Shown here: in pieces, positions 27,907 through 40,368 of the stretch
Numbering within the stretch: the stretch's first letter is position 1
Layout: each line of letters opens with the position of its first letter
Source of the DNA: Octopus vulgaris
Lineage: Eukaryota
NCBI GenBank assembly: GCA_951406725.2
Contig: OX597830.1
Span: 2,418,001 to 2,482,000, forward strand
DNA: 64,000 nt
Direction of reading: 5' to 3'
The notes under the pieces: generated by a model
The model's database searches: none
Told to the model about the DNA's origin: nothing
The model's input: only the letters and a program-made list of their open reading frames with translations
Translations under genes and position numbers: made by a program

Positions 27907-28619
27907 TAGTTTTAATTTTATAGCGTGCTTTCACTTCACTACCGAGCGCAGCTCTGTGTGCCTTGGGTATGTGCTGTGATTTGTTGTGATGCTCTGATGG
28001 TTATTGTATGGAAAGTGTTCTGCGTAGGATGTGTGCAGTGCCTAGTAGTGCAATTTTCTGTATGCTATATGTGTTTGTAAGTCCTGGTGTTTTTGTTATG
28101 TATTTGTCTGAATATTTTTTTATCATGCCTAATGCACCTACTATGATAGGAATTGTTTCTGTTTTTAGATTCCACATTCTGGTTACCTCTATTTCCAGGT
28201 CTTTATATTTTGAGAGTTTCTCCATTTCTTTTAGAGACACGTTGTCATCTGCCGGTATTGATACATCAATTAGAAAGCATTATTTTTCTTCATGATCTCT
28301 GACAACTATATCTGTTCTGTTGGCCTTAATTTCTCGTTTTCTGTGACCTTTTCTGGTGTGTGCCTATACCATCTTTTTTGTGTTGTTATTCCATAATGTT
28401 GGCATAGTTTCCAGTGTATATAGGTCCCAACTCTGTCGTGTCTGTGAATATATTCCTTCTTAGCTAGGACTGGGCAGCTAGAGATAATATGATTTATTGT
28501 TTCTTGTCCATCTCCACATATTCTGCAGTTACTTGTTATATTTCTTTTCATTACATGTTTTTGGTAATTTCTGGTGGGGAGGCTTTGGTCTTGTGCTGCA
28601 ATTAAAAATCCCTCTGTCT
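27903..28619 (-). mobile_element. R4/Dong-type RLE non-LTR retrotransposon, 3' end (CCHC knuckle plus PD-(D/E)xK endonuclease)
   Basis: TEGFLIAAQDQSL, CRICGDGQETINHIISSC, RHDRV..IHW, then IDVSIP..DN..KEMEKLSKYKDL..E...W...TIPIIVGALG; small deletion and stop; (TAA)n on both sides, the known Dong target. Confidence 0.92.
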
Positions 28620-28620
28620 C

Positions 28621-28657
<37 letters not shown>

Positions 28658-28717
28658 GTTATTGTTATTGTTGTTGTTGTTGTTGTTGCTATTATTATTA
28701 TCATTATTATTATTATT

Positions 28718-28931
28718 AAGGTGGTGAGCTAGCAGAGTCGTTAGCACACTAGATGAAATGCTTAGTGCTATTTTGCCCGTCGCTTAATTCAGAGTTCAAA
28801 TTCCGCCGAAGATAACTTTGCCTTTCATCCTTATGGGGTCGATAAATTGAGTACCAGTGAAATACTGGAGTTGGTGTAATCAACAAATCCCCTGCCCACA
28901 AGTTTATGACCTTCTGCCTCCTGTAGAAAGG

Positions 28932-28991
<60 letters not shown>

Positions 28992-29208
28992 ATTAAGGTT
29001 GTGAGCTGGTAGAATCGTTAGCATGCCAGGTGAAATACTAGTGCTATTTTGCATGTCCCTACATTCTGAGTTCAAATTCCACTGAGGTCAACTTTGTCTT
29101 TCATCCTTTCTGGGTCGATAAATTAGGGACCAGTTGAATATTGGGGTCGATGTAATTGATTTAACACCCTCCCCAAAAATTTCAGGCCTTGTGTCTGTTA
29201 TAGAAAGT
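28718..29208 (+). mobile_element. Two family A SINEs separated by (TTA)n
   Basis: Heads 'aaggtggtgagctagcagagtcgttagcac' (28718) and 'aaggttgtgagctggtagaatcgttagcatgcc' (28995), each with B box and core. Confidence 0.9.
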
Positions 29209-29434
29209 ATTTTGGTTTGGCACAGGTTTGGTCTTATTCCAGGTAGGATTTAGGCAGGTAGCATGTTACTACCTGTAACTTTAGATATCCACAAGTTTTC
29301 AGAAGTCTTTCAAATACTTAGAACCCACCTTATAATCCTTGCTGTCCCTAAGTGACAAACTTTCTGTAAGGAGCTCTACCGGGCATTCTGTTTCAATCTC
29401 CTTCAGCCATTTGTCTGTATCTTGGCTTATTATA

Positions 29435-29487
<53 letters not shown>

Positions 29488-29489
29488 GT

Positions 29490-29639
29490 TTGGCGTTAGG
29501 AAGGGCATCCAGCTGTAGAAACACTGCCACATCTGACTGGCCTGGTGCAGCCTTCGGGCTTCCCAGACCCCAGTTGAACCGTCCAACCCATGCTAGCATG
29601 GAAAGCGGACGTTAAACGATGATGATGATGATGATGATG
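29490..29639 (+). mobile_element. SINE family B (3' part)
   Basis: Near-identical to 19750-19898. Confidence 0.9.
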
Positions 29640-29924
29640 TGAAAACTCACAGCTTATTTTGCTGGGAATGATGGAAAGTGTCAGCTGTCCACAGCCAGCA
29701 GACAAAGGTGACACTTGTTTACAGGTCATGCTTCAAGAATCCTGCCAAGAATTCTTGCAGTTGCAAACAAAGTTGATTTGTGTAGGTGAATTTTTTAGAA
29801 TTTTTACAGTTCCAAGCCATTTTTGTACGTGTTCTATCTTCACATTTGCACCAATATTTTTCAGCTACGCTGGTCGTTGAGTACTGATACTTCCAAGTGC
29901 ACCAATTACTATTGGTATCATGTC

Positions 29925-29925
<1 letters not shown>
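29640..29925 (-). mobile_element. Decayed R4/Dong-like 3' fragment
   Basis: Minus strand 'ataccaatagtaattggtgcacttggaagtatc' = IPIVIGALGSI; adjacent to (TTA)n. Confidence 0.65.
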
Positions 29926-30011
<86 letters not shown>

Positions 30012-30479
30012 TAGTAGTAGTAGTAGTATAGAGCATGTGCTGTAACAGTGCCTTGTTGCATCCATCATTTGTTGGTGATTCTCTACTCCTGGCAGATGAT
30101 GCCTTCGTATTGTATAATTGATTGATTGATTTAATTAATATGCAATTAAACCAATGTGTTACTTGCATTCATTAATGTAGTCATGGCACAAAAGCTGGTG
30201 TCAAAACCAAATGAGGGACTTCACCCCAGATGAAATATATATCTCTTTATTTTGATTCTCACATAAATTCAAAACATTTCTTAACTACATTTATACTGTA
30301 CAAGGAACACATATTCTTTTCAAAGTTCTCATTGTTCTTTATTCTTCCTCTTCCCATTGGTTCTCTGACACATAAACTAGTATCATGAGCTGAAACCTTT
30401 TTATTGTTACACCCGTGAAACAGACTACATCACACATCACTCCAAGTAGCTTTCCCCCAATACTATTGATAAAGACTTC

Positions 30480-31600
30480 ATATTGATTTATTTATGACAT
30501 TAGTTGCTTTCATCGCTACCAGTTCTAAGAGACGTGTCTGCTGAACGGTAATACCTAAACACAGAAGTAATTTATAAAGCAACAGTACTGTAAAAACAAA
30601 AGTGACAAAAACTCCAGCAGAGCAACAGGAAAACATTTAAAGCCAGGTATGTATAACATATACAATCTATCCACAATATTCATAAAAAGAGTGTGATGTT
30701 GCTATCAAAGTATTATACAAACATAAATACGTAACTGGAAGTATTAGACAATGCAACCCTTTACACAAATGTCTTCAGTTCATTCTTTAAATATGATGCA
30801 ATAAAGCTGTCAGTAGAATAATTCCATTGTAAAAGCTGATCCAAATTGCAAGTAGAAAATATACAATTTCTCATCAGAAGGGAAAATAGCAATTAAGGCA
30901 CAAAAATGCCAACTGCAATGCAACGACAAACCCAATGAATAGAACCTACTGAAAATAGTGACAAATTAAAGATGCCAGATGCAAAACGGATCCCTACATA
31001 TAATACATTTCAAACATTTCAAGTGACATCAGATGCAAAATAGCAAGTTAAGAATGAGACAGATTTTTATTTTAGAGAAACAGGAAATGATAACAATATT
31101 CAACAGATGGAAAATATGATTGCTGAGCTGGTCATTGAAAAACAATTATATAAGCTAGATATAATTAGCAAATCAGAAGACAATGTTGTAATTGATAGTT
31201 ACATACAGTACAAGGTCTGTTAAAACTAAGGAAAAACAATAAACAAATAAGCAAATTCAGAAAAGCAATATGCGATTCTGTAATGAACAAGGAGAGCCAG
31301 GACAGCAAGCAAAGATGTGCAGTCGTAACCAATGACAAAAGAATTATCGAAATACTCTGAAAAAGAAGTTTGAGCTAGAAATAAAGACGAGGATATAATA
31401 GCAAAAAACGATCAATGAAAGAATAACAAGCAACGAATTGGCAAGTGAAATAATGACAACAGGCAAGCTTTAGAGAGCAGATAATGAAGATGATTGCAAG
31501 GTTCAAACCCACTGCTTTGTCCATAAAACTAACACAAAATACTGACCACTCTTCCAATCAACTGGTGATTGTAGTAGTCTGTGACTTGAATGATAAGCAA
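30480..31600 (+). mobile_element. Possible decayed LINE ORF1-like remnant
   Basis: A-rich, coding-like plus strand with many stops; no diagnostic motif. Confidence 0.2.
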
Positions 31601-31615
31601 AAAGGAGAATACTCA

Positions 31616-31657
<42 letters not shown>

Positions 31658-31666
31658 AAAATATAA

Positions 31667-32134
31667 ATATATGAAAGAAAGGTTGTTGAAAAGCCAGGCA
31701 ACCCTATCAAATCTATAATTGGTAGAACCTATCCTTTTAGTAGAACTCTCTGTACGGATAACTATTGCACTGTATGTAGATTTAGCCCACAAACAAACTG
31801 TAAAGCCAGAAATGTAGTCTATAGTATAAGATGTATAGAGGGACGATGCAGTAACAAGACAATAACATACGTAGGGGAAACGGCAAGAAGCATAGAAGAA
31901 CGGGTGAATGGACATTGGAGACAACTCAAGGAAGGTAAAAGCTTATCGATTCTGTACCAACACGCCGAACAAGAACACGGGGGATCAGTCAATAACATAG
32001 AGATTAAGATATTGTCCACACATAGAACAGATGCAACAATTAGACAAATTACAGAAGCTACACATATAATAGAAAATAAACCTAGCCTGAATAGAAAACT
32101 AGAATGGAGCAATAGCACACACCACAACATATGA
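31667..32134 (+). mobile_element. Penelope-like element (Naiad-like) C-terminal GIY-YIG endonuclease fragment, open frame
   Basis: Reading upstream of ORF 31904 in frame gives VVEKPGNPIKSIIGRTYPF..C....C..C......C.ARNVVYSIRC...YVGETARSIEERVNGH...LYQH....H...RQITEA..I.....LNRKLEW; flanked by (TA)n. Confidence 0.88.
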
Positions 32135-32240
32135 CGATAGAGGATCCCGAAACCATAATAAATAAATACACAGATAAATAAACAAATAGAAATGAATAAC
32201 TATATATATGTATATATATATCTATGTATGTATATGTATG

Positions 32241-32289
<49 letters not shown>

Positions 32290-32876
32290 GTATGTATATG
32301 TGTATATATATATGTGTATATGTATATATATATATATTTTTTTTTCGATTAGATTTATTATTATTATTACTAATATTGTTGTTATACATACAAGCATATG
32401 TAATGATAATAATGGGTGAATGTAAACACATGAACAAAATTAGAACAAAAGCAACAACAACAAAAAAATACAAATTACATGAATGTATATAAACAGAAGA
32501 TACAAATATTACAGGCATCCCCCCCACACACACTAAATAAACATAGACGCACATAGAGATATAAGCATGCGCAAATGAAGACATACAATAGAAATACAAA
32601 ATGGCTGACGGTTAGTAAGGAGAGACACAAATAAGTGAGAAGAAAACAAAGGACCACTGATGCGGTCACAGGAGTGTGACGAAAGAACACTGGCCGAAAT
32701 AAAATTAAGATTAATGTAAAAAATAAATATCACTGAAGCAAAATAACACCAAATATATAGTGCGTGTGTTTTTATTGGCTAAACTGGCAATATGACCATT
32801 CCGAAATATAACAATATCTGTTTCAACTCACGACTTCACATAAAAAATCTTGCACAACAAATATTTAAACGTATAT

Positions 32877-32944
<68 letters not shown>

Positions 32945-32946
<2 letters not shown>

Positions 32947-34506
32947 CACTTTGATCACTTTGACCGACCGGTCCGTCAGGCATCCATTTGACACCGCTGG
33001 TCACAGCATGCTGTCCACTCCTCTCTGGATCGCGCCTCTCTCATCCACGTGATCCCAATCGTCCTCTTGAAATCGTCACTCCACCGTCGTGGAGGTCTTC
33101 TGGGTGGTCTTTTCCGCTCACGCGGGTACCACTCGACAACTGCGTACGTCCACCGATTATCGGTGAGCCGGGTTACGTGTCCAGCCCATCTATATTTGCT
33201 GCGATTATACTCTGCGATGACATCTCTCACGCTGGACTTCTTTCTGATGATCTTGCTACTTATGTGCTCTCTCAACGAGATACCAAGCTTTGACCTTTCC
33301 ATGGCACTTTGAGCGGTTACCAGTCTTTGCTCTTCTCTCTTTGTGGTAGCCCATGTTTCACTACCATATAACATTGCAGGCAGAACTGCACTGTTAATGA
33401 GGTTGGCGCGGGTGGTCCTGTCCAACCTTCCCTTGAGCACATCCCTTATGCCATTGAACGCCTTCCATCCGGCCCTTACTCTCCGTGAGATCTCCTTTTT
33501 GATATCCTGGCACATATTTACTTCCTGTCCCAGGTAGACATATTCTCTCACCTCCTCTATTTCATCACTGCCGATCACCATTCGACCTGTTGGTACGTTG
33601 TCTGACCGCATGAACTTTGTTTTCATGCGGTTCATCTTGAGACCTACTGCAGAACTTTTGATGTCGAGCTCCGTCAGCATGGTCTGAAGCTGATCCATGT
33701 TTTCAGCGATGAGTACGATGTCGTCAGCGAAACAGGTGAGTGAGGAACTCGCCATTGATGTTGACACCACCTTGCCATTCGATGCCTCTGATGATCTGTT
33801 CGAGACATGCAGTGAAAAGTTTTGGGGAAATTGTATCTCCTTGCTTCACTCCCTTCTCGACCGGCACTCGTATGGGTGATGACAGTAGAGCTATGTCGGA
33901 GGTGCATCCGGAATTTGCTTCTCTGAGCAGCTGCACATATTGCGCTTCGATTCCTTGCCTCTGCAGCGAGTTCAGCACTGCGTTGGTTTCGACGCTATCG
34001 AAGGCCTTCTCATAATCTATAAACGCAACGCAAAGAGGCAGCTTGTACTCATTTGCTCGCTCAAGCAGTTGCGTTAGAGCAAATATATAGTCCATTGTGC
34101 TGTAGTTCTTCCGGAAGCCTGCTTGCTCCCTCGGTTGTTGTTCGTTGAGACGACGTGACAACCTGTTCAGAATTATCTTCGTGAACAGCTTGTACACGTG
34201 AGACAGCAGGCATATGGGTCGGTAGTTCTTTAGATCTTCTCTGTCGCCCATACAGCAGGATGGTATTTGACTCTTTCCACTGCGAGGGAATTCTTCCCTC
34301 GTCTAGATAGTGCGTAAATCGCTCAGCGAGGATTTTCCAGAGCTGCTCTCTGCCTGACTTTAGCACCTCCGATGTTATACCGTCTTTCCCTGGAGCCTTT
34401 CCGTTTTTCATCGAGCCGATGGCTCTTTCAACCTCACTGACAAGGATAGGTGGCACGTTTTCTTCCTGTTGGAGTGGTGGTAACGGCTGGACATTTCTGG
34501 TAGACT
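32945..34506 (-). mobile_element. 5'-truncated RTE-clade LINE (RT domain and 3' end), two frameshifts
   Basis: MKNGKAPGKDGI, NYRPICLLS..YKLF, QAGFR, DYEKAFDSV, KGVKQGDTISPKLF, FADD, YVYLG, RWAGHV, R..GRP..RW-like end; short tail repeat CAAAGTGAT x2; (TA)n on both sides. Confidence 0.95.
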
Positions 34507-34530
34507 TATATATACGTTACATATATATAT

Positions 34531-35337
34531 ATATAGGGTGGCGAATACTCGTTATAAATATCACCACCAGTAGCCTAGCATGTATAAAAAGTCAATAGAC
34601 AATATATTCGTATTTCAAAATAGAAAATTACCCTTTAACAGGTAATTTTTACATGTTAGAAATAGCAGCCAAACACGGCCAAAAACCACAATTTTATAGC
34701 AAATTTCGAAGTACATGAAAAATAAAAACCTTTACCTTGTTATATAACGGTTATACCAATGGTTTCGAATTTCTTTAGCCGTGTTTGGCTGCTATTTCTA
34801 GCATGTAAAAATTACCTGTTAAAGGGGAATTTTCTATTTTGAAATACGAATATGTTGTCTATTGACTTTTTATACATGCTAGGCCACTGGTGGTGATATT
34901 TATAATGAGTATTCGCCACCCTATATGCACCTTATGAATATGTTCTTAGCATTCTCGAGGTTTCAGCTCAGCATTGTATCTATTGCTGACTGTAAATGTG
35001 CCTGCGAACGATATTTGAAAAATTATAGTATATAATGATGGGACACGTGTTATCTGGTCTCTGAATTAGAAGTTAGTTGTTTTGGCCGGTTACTAACGAG
35101 AATTCGCCTGGTAGATAATATGGTCTTGCTAAATTATCTATTAAAAGATGGCAAGCAATATTATTTGCTAAAGAAATTTGAAACCATTGGTATAACCGTT
35201 ATATAACAAGGTAAAGGTTTTTATTTTTCATGTACTTCGAAATTTGCTATAAAATTGTGGTTTTTGGCCGTGTTTGGCTGCTATTTGTAGCATGTAAAAA
35301 TTACCTGTTAAAGGGTAATTTTCTATTTTGAAATACG
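34531..35337. mobile_element. Non-coding Penelope-like pLTR structure (inverted copy plus partial tandem) with a minimal hammerhead-like motif
   Basis: 34531-34679 is the RC of 34778-34926; 35167-35337 is the RC of 34609-34779; direct period 489 bp; TA-repeat flanks. Confidence 0.65.
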
Positions 35338-35818
35338 TATATGTATATATATATATATATCTGTATGTGTGTATATATTTATGTTTATATATATATACAT
35401 ATATATATATGTATGTATGTATGTATGCATGTATGTATGTATGTATGTATGTATGTATGTATGTATGTATGTGTGTTTGTGTATACTCAAACACACACAT
35501 CGCTGTATATATGTATTTCACACAAGAGGAAATATAACAATTCTCATGTATTCCAGTATCAGAGGGGAAGTGAGAGAGAGAGCGAGATGGGGAGCGGAGA
35601 GAAGGAAGGGGAGAGAGAGAGAGAGGTGGAGAGAGAATGTGACAGTAAAACTGATTTATAAATAAAGGTTGTCAGCTACAAGTAAGTGCCAAAGCTGTCA
35701 TGTGTCTGATTATAGATTTTATGTCTGCACTCATGTGTATGTACAGACACATAGACATGAATACACAATACACACATATATATATACATGCACACACTCA
35801 CACACACACATACATACA

Positions 35819-35884
<66 letters not shown>

Positions 35885-35962
35885 TACACACATAGATATA
35901 TATGAACTGCTATATATTTCAAGTTATGTATATGTACGCATATGTTATTACTAAAATTATTC

Positions 35963-36165
35963 AGGTGGCAAACTGGTAGCATGCTGGATGAAACGCTTTG
36001 TGGTATTTCATCCACCTTTATGTTCTGAGATCAAATCTTGCTGAAGTCGACATTACCTTTCATTCTTTCGGGGTTGATTAAATAAGTACCAGCTGCATAC
36101 TGGAATTGATGTAATCAACTCTCCGCTTTCTCCAAACGTTAGACCTTATGTCTTTAGTAGAAATG
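35963..36165 (+). mobile_element. SINE family A, diverged
   Basis: 'gttctgagatcaaatc...gtcgacattacctttcattctttcggggttgattaaataagtacc'. Confidence 0.8.
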
Positions 36166-36199
36166 ATTATTATTGTTATTATTATTATTATTATTATTT

Positions 36200-36572
36200 T
36201 CATTATCATTTTCTTTCAATCGTTTTCATTTCTTGCCAAGTGTCTTCCTGACACCTAGGGTAGAGAAATGGCTGGTCATTAAAATAAACACACCAAATCG
36301 TTCATTGACAAAGTCATGTGATGGATAACAAGGGAAAGAAAGACAGAGAGAAAAATAAAATTAAAAGATAAGAAAGTAAACAAAGAAAAAAGGGAAAAAA
36401 GGAAGAAAATTCACAGCAACAATGTTCTCAGTACATGTGACAAACCAGTTGAGACAATCCTTTGCACTTCCTGCATGGATGGTAAGCTAGGGATCATTCT
36501 AAAATAATTTTCACTTCCTTTTTTGATCATTCCAAGTGCTCCTGCAATCATTGGTATTGTAACCATCTTGAG
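36200..36572 (-). mobile_element. R4/Dong-like extreme 3' fragment
   Basis: Minus strand reads TIPMIAGALGMIKK; the 3' UTR ends at a (TAA)n tract. Confidence 0.65.
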
Positions 36573-37331
36573 ATGTTATAAATATTATCATTATTATTGT
36601 TGTTGCTGTTGTTGTTATTTAAAATACATATATTATAATGGTATATATCTTACATATTGTGGTTTTAATGGAAGTGAAATTATTGCCAGAACACAAGAAT
36701 TTTCTGTGAGTCAATGGGGAGTAGCTGTAAGTACTCTTCAGATGATTATTTGAGTGTTACTCAGAGTGATGTCATTAGTAAAATGGAAACGTAGCTGTCA
36801 GACATGCTAAAAACAATAGCCAAATCTAAGCAAAGTTGTCCTAAATATACAAAAGGACAGGATTGTCACTGTTGGAATGCCTTTGATCATAAGTTCGCTC
36901 AATTCAAGACTGACCTAGGGCTTAATAAAATCAACAAGAGGTAGTGTTATTCTGATGAATCAATAAAAGAATCTTTGTGTTGTTTTGACCTTGCAGATAT
37001 AGCAGCCAAATCTCTTTCAAGCTATACCTTACTGTATTAATAAAAGAAGGATACCTCTGATAATACAGTCATTTCATGTTCACCAACTGAAATATGTTAC
37101 AATGCCATCAAATGTCTCCTCTTGCTGATGGCAGAATAATTTGTTCCACCTCTGTGAACTTCTTGGACTAATTAGTTACTAGTGTTAACTATTTCTAGAT
37201 TCTTTCATTCCTTCTGTTTCACCTTCGTAGATGATGTCTGCAAATTTGATGAGATAGTCACAGCTGGAATATCTTTGATCGTATGCCTACAGTGTTAAAG
37301 AGCTGCCCTCAAGTCAAACCACAACAACAAC

Positions 37332-37370
<39 letters not shown>

Positions 37371-37503
37371 TGTACAACACACTACATAAAATCTATAGTG
37401 AAATTAAATGTAATATATATTATATAACAGAAACACGTATACAATGCATTTTATTAATATGTATTCATATACTTTGGATTGTATTATAAACTAGAATCTA
37501 TAC

Positions 37504-37548
<45 letters not shown>

Positions 37549-37837
37549 AACATAGATAGATGTGCTGGAAATGTAAATCCGAAATTTACAACTTACCCGC
37601 TTTATAAATTCAGTGACAGCGTAATCTTCACACAACGCCAAAATAAAGAACTGTATTTCATCAAAAAATTTAGACCAAGTTTGAACACCCTGGGCTAGGA
37701 ATATTAAAACAAAAGATTGGTCCTCCAAAAAGGAGAAGTGAAATTCCACCACGGCCGCTGCCTTAAACAGTCACTCACGCTGACAGAAATATGTCTTAGG
37801 GAAAGGAAAAAAATTCATAAAAAGATCTCCACGAGCA

Positions 37838-38232
37838 GATCTAATCCTGATTCGTCAAGAAACTGATGACGTATTACCTCAGTGGGCAATCTATTGTCAC
37901 CCTGCTTGGTCGGTTTCCACATACGATACAGCTAAGGGTCAGACCCGATTCTGATTGGTCAAAACATTGATGACGTCTCGTTCTGCTGGACTAGCCACCT
38001 AACGGGATGATTGGTCAAAACAGTGATGACGTCTCGTTCCGCTGGACTAGCCACCTAACAGGATACAGACATGGGTCAGATCTAATACAGCTATAGGTCA
38101 GACCCGATCCTGATTGGTCAAAACATTGATGACGTCCCATTCTCCTGGACTAGCCACCTAACGAGACGATTGGTCAAAACTTTGATGACGTCTCGTTCTG
38201 CTGGACTAGCCACCTAATAGGTGATATAAAAC
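37838..38232 (+). promoter_or_regulatory. Tandem CCAAT(ATTGG)+CRE(TGACGT) array followed by a TATA-like box
   Basis: Units GATTGGTCAAAACA.TGATGACGTC.C.TTC..CTGGACTAGCCACCTAA start at 37953, 38009, 38112 and 38168; GATATAAAA at about 38223. Function is inferred. Confidence 0.55.
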
Positions 38233-38712
38233 CCAAACAATCCACAAGATTCACCAGAACTATTCGAACAGACACCAACCAAAAGTCATCACAGTTGCTC
38301 CCATTGGAACACAAGGTAAAACCTAAAATGAATTCCTCGTTTTTTCAAGAACATGAATTTTTTATATTGAATGCATATCACCACTATGAACTACTACATC
38401 ATACTCTTTAAACATATAGCATGAACTCGCTTCACTATATATGAATTTTTTATTATATGTGAATTTTTTATATTTGATAGCATCAACTATCTTTTTTATA
38501 TATAATTTTTTTTTGATAAGGTTCGTCATTTCAAGAACTGAAACATGTTAAATAAATAATGTATATATAAAAATTAAAATTTGTCTAATATAGCAGCATT
38601 TTCAAACTTCATTTTAAACAAATATATATATATATATATACGTACCATGTACTATATATATATATAATAAGTTTGGATTTACTCCCTAATATTATATATA
38701 TACATATATATA

Positions 38713-38763
<51 letters not shown>

Positions 38764-38839
38764 GTTATATATGTACTATACACACACATATAGTATAATA
38801 CATTTAAGTATATGTCACATAACTAATATATATATTGGT

Positions 38840-39046
38840 TTCAAATTTTGACAGAAACCCAACAATTTTAAGGAGGAGTTGAATACATTGACCTCCCAGA
38901 GTTCAGCTGGTATTTATTTTATTGTCTCTGAAATGATGAAAGGCAAAGTCAACCCCAGTGGAATTTGAATTCAGAACCTAATGAAGGACTCAATACTGCT
39001 AAGCATGTTGCCTAGTATGCTAATGATTCTGCCAGCTCACCCCCTT
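38840..39046 (-). mobile_element. SINE family A, diverged
   Basis: 'gatgaaaggcaaagtcaaccccagtggaatttgaattc...gattctgccagctcacc'. Confidence 0.8.
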
Positions 39047-40141
39047 ATGCCAGATATATATATTAGAATCTTCCTATTATTTGTCCATTCATTCGCTAAT
39101 TTTACTTCTGTTTTTTTGTATGTTTGTATGGGTCAGATGAATATGCCATTTAAGGCATTTTTTACATCCAAATGCCCTTTATAAAACTAATTCTCACCTC
39201 TTTTTCAAGTAGCAAACAAATCATCTTTTGCATATCATTTGTTGACAGGTGAACTTCCTGCACTTCACACCACACTTCTGTCCAATCCGTAAATTCCTTA
39301 TGCATCTAAGACTCCATAATCAGATCTAATTTTTGTCAGCCTGGAATGCTCTGTCTAATAGGTCTGCTTGATCAGGGTTTCACCCAGACTTAATCAACAA
39401 TCACTGCAAGGCTTAGAAGCAAGACTATGACCAAAGTTATCTCTAATCAAGCAGGCTTATGACCAAAGCCATTCTAACCTTGACCATCCCATTTTTGTAA
39501 GGGCTTGTAAGAATATGATTATGTGTTTTTAATGCATTTTAAATTAATCAAGTTTGTAGGGTGTGATTTGAAGAAGATTTGATTGTTGTTTCTAGCAAAT
39601 TCAATGACCATCTTCCTTCTTCAATATTCTGTGCCAATTTTAACTGACTTTAAATCTTCCTCAAAGACTGTGCCATAAAAAAAAATGTGATGGAAATACG
39701 ACTGCGTTAATAATATCACAACCCTGTTGGAATCAGTTTTATCACTGCCACACCAAAAGTTACAGAAACTCGATAGGAAAGAACAAACTTGGCTTGTGAA
39801 TAGGTGCCAAGCTTTTTCTGGGAAATTTATCTGGGAAATATACCATGGAGGGGAGAGTTTCTCACATTTATTTAGCACTACATAAACCAATAGACTAGGT
39901 GTTGGCAGCTGTATGGATCTTTGTGGTTTTGAATAGGAATTGCCATACTAAAGAATACAGGCAAAAGACTCTGACCTTCTCACTCAGGGATTGTGACAAT
40001 GAATTCTACAGTAACATTCAATTGATTTATTGGAAACTGTTTTAGAATTCCAGGAATTATATCGATACACTTCTCGCATGTGTTTTCTCTTTTACACCCA
40101 CTTTTGATCGAGCCTTTCTCTGATCATCTTCCACTTACCTA

Positions 40142-40183
<42 letters not shown>

Positions 40184-40308
40184 ATTTATTTACCTATTTA
40201 TGTCTCTTTACATGTATATACATACACACATATATACACACCTGCCTATGTCAATCTGTCTGTCTCTCCAACCCTCTTTCTCTCTCTCATTATATCTATC
40301 TATCTGTG

Positions 40309-40368
<60 letters not shown>

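Noticed and set aside
37953-38220. CRISPR-like regular repeats
   Set aside because: Units are contiguous tandem repeats without unique spacers; eukaryotic context and no cas genes.
39621-39890. Open frames on both strands
   Set aside because: No recognisable motif or clear splice sites.
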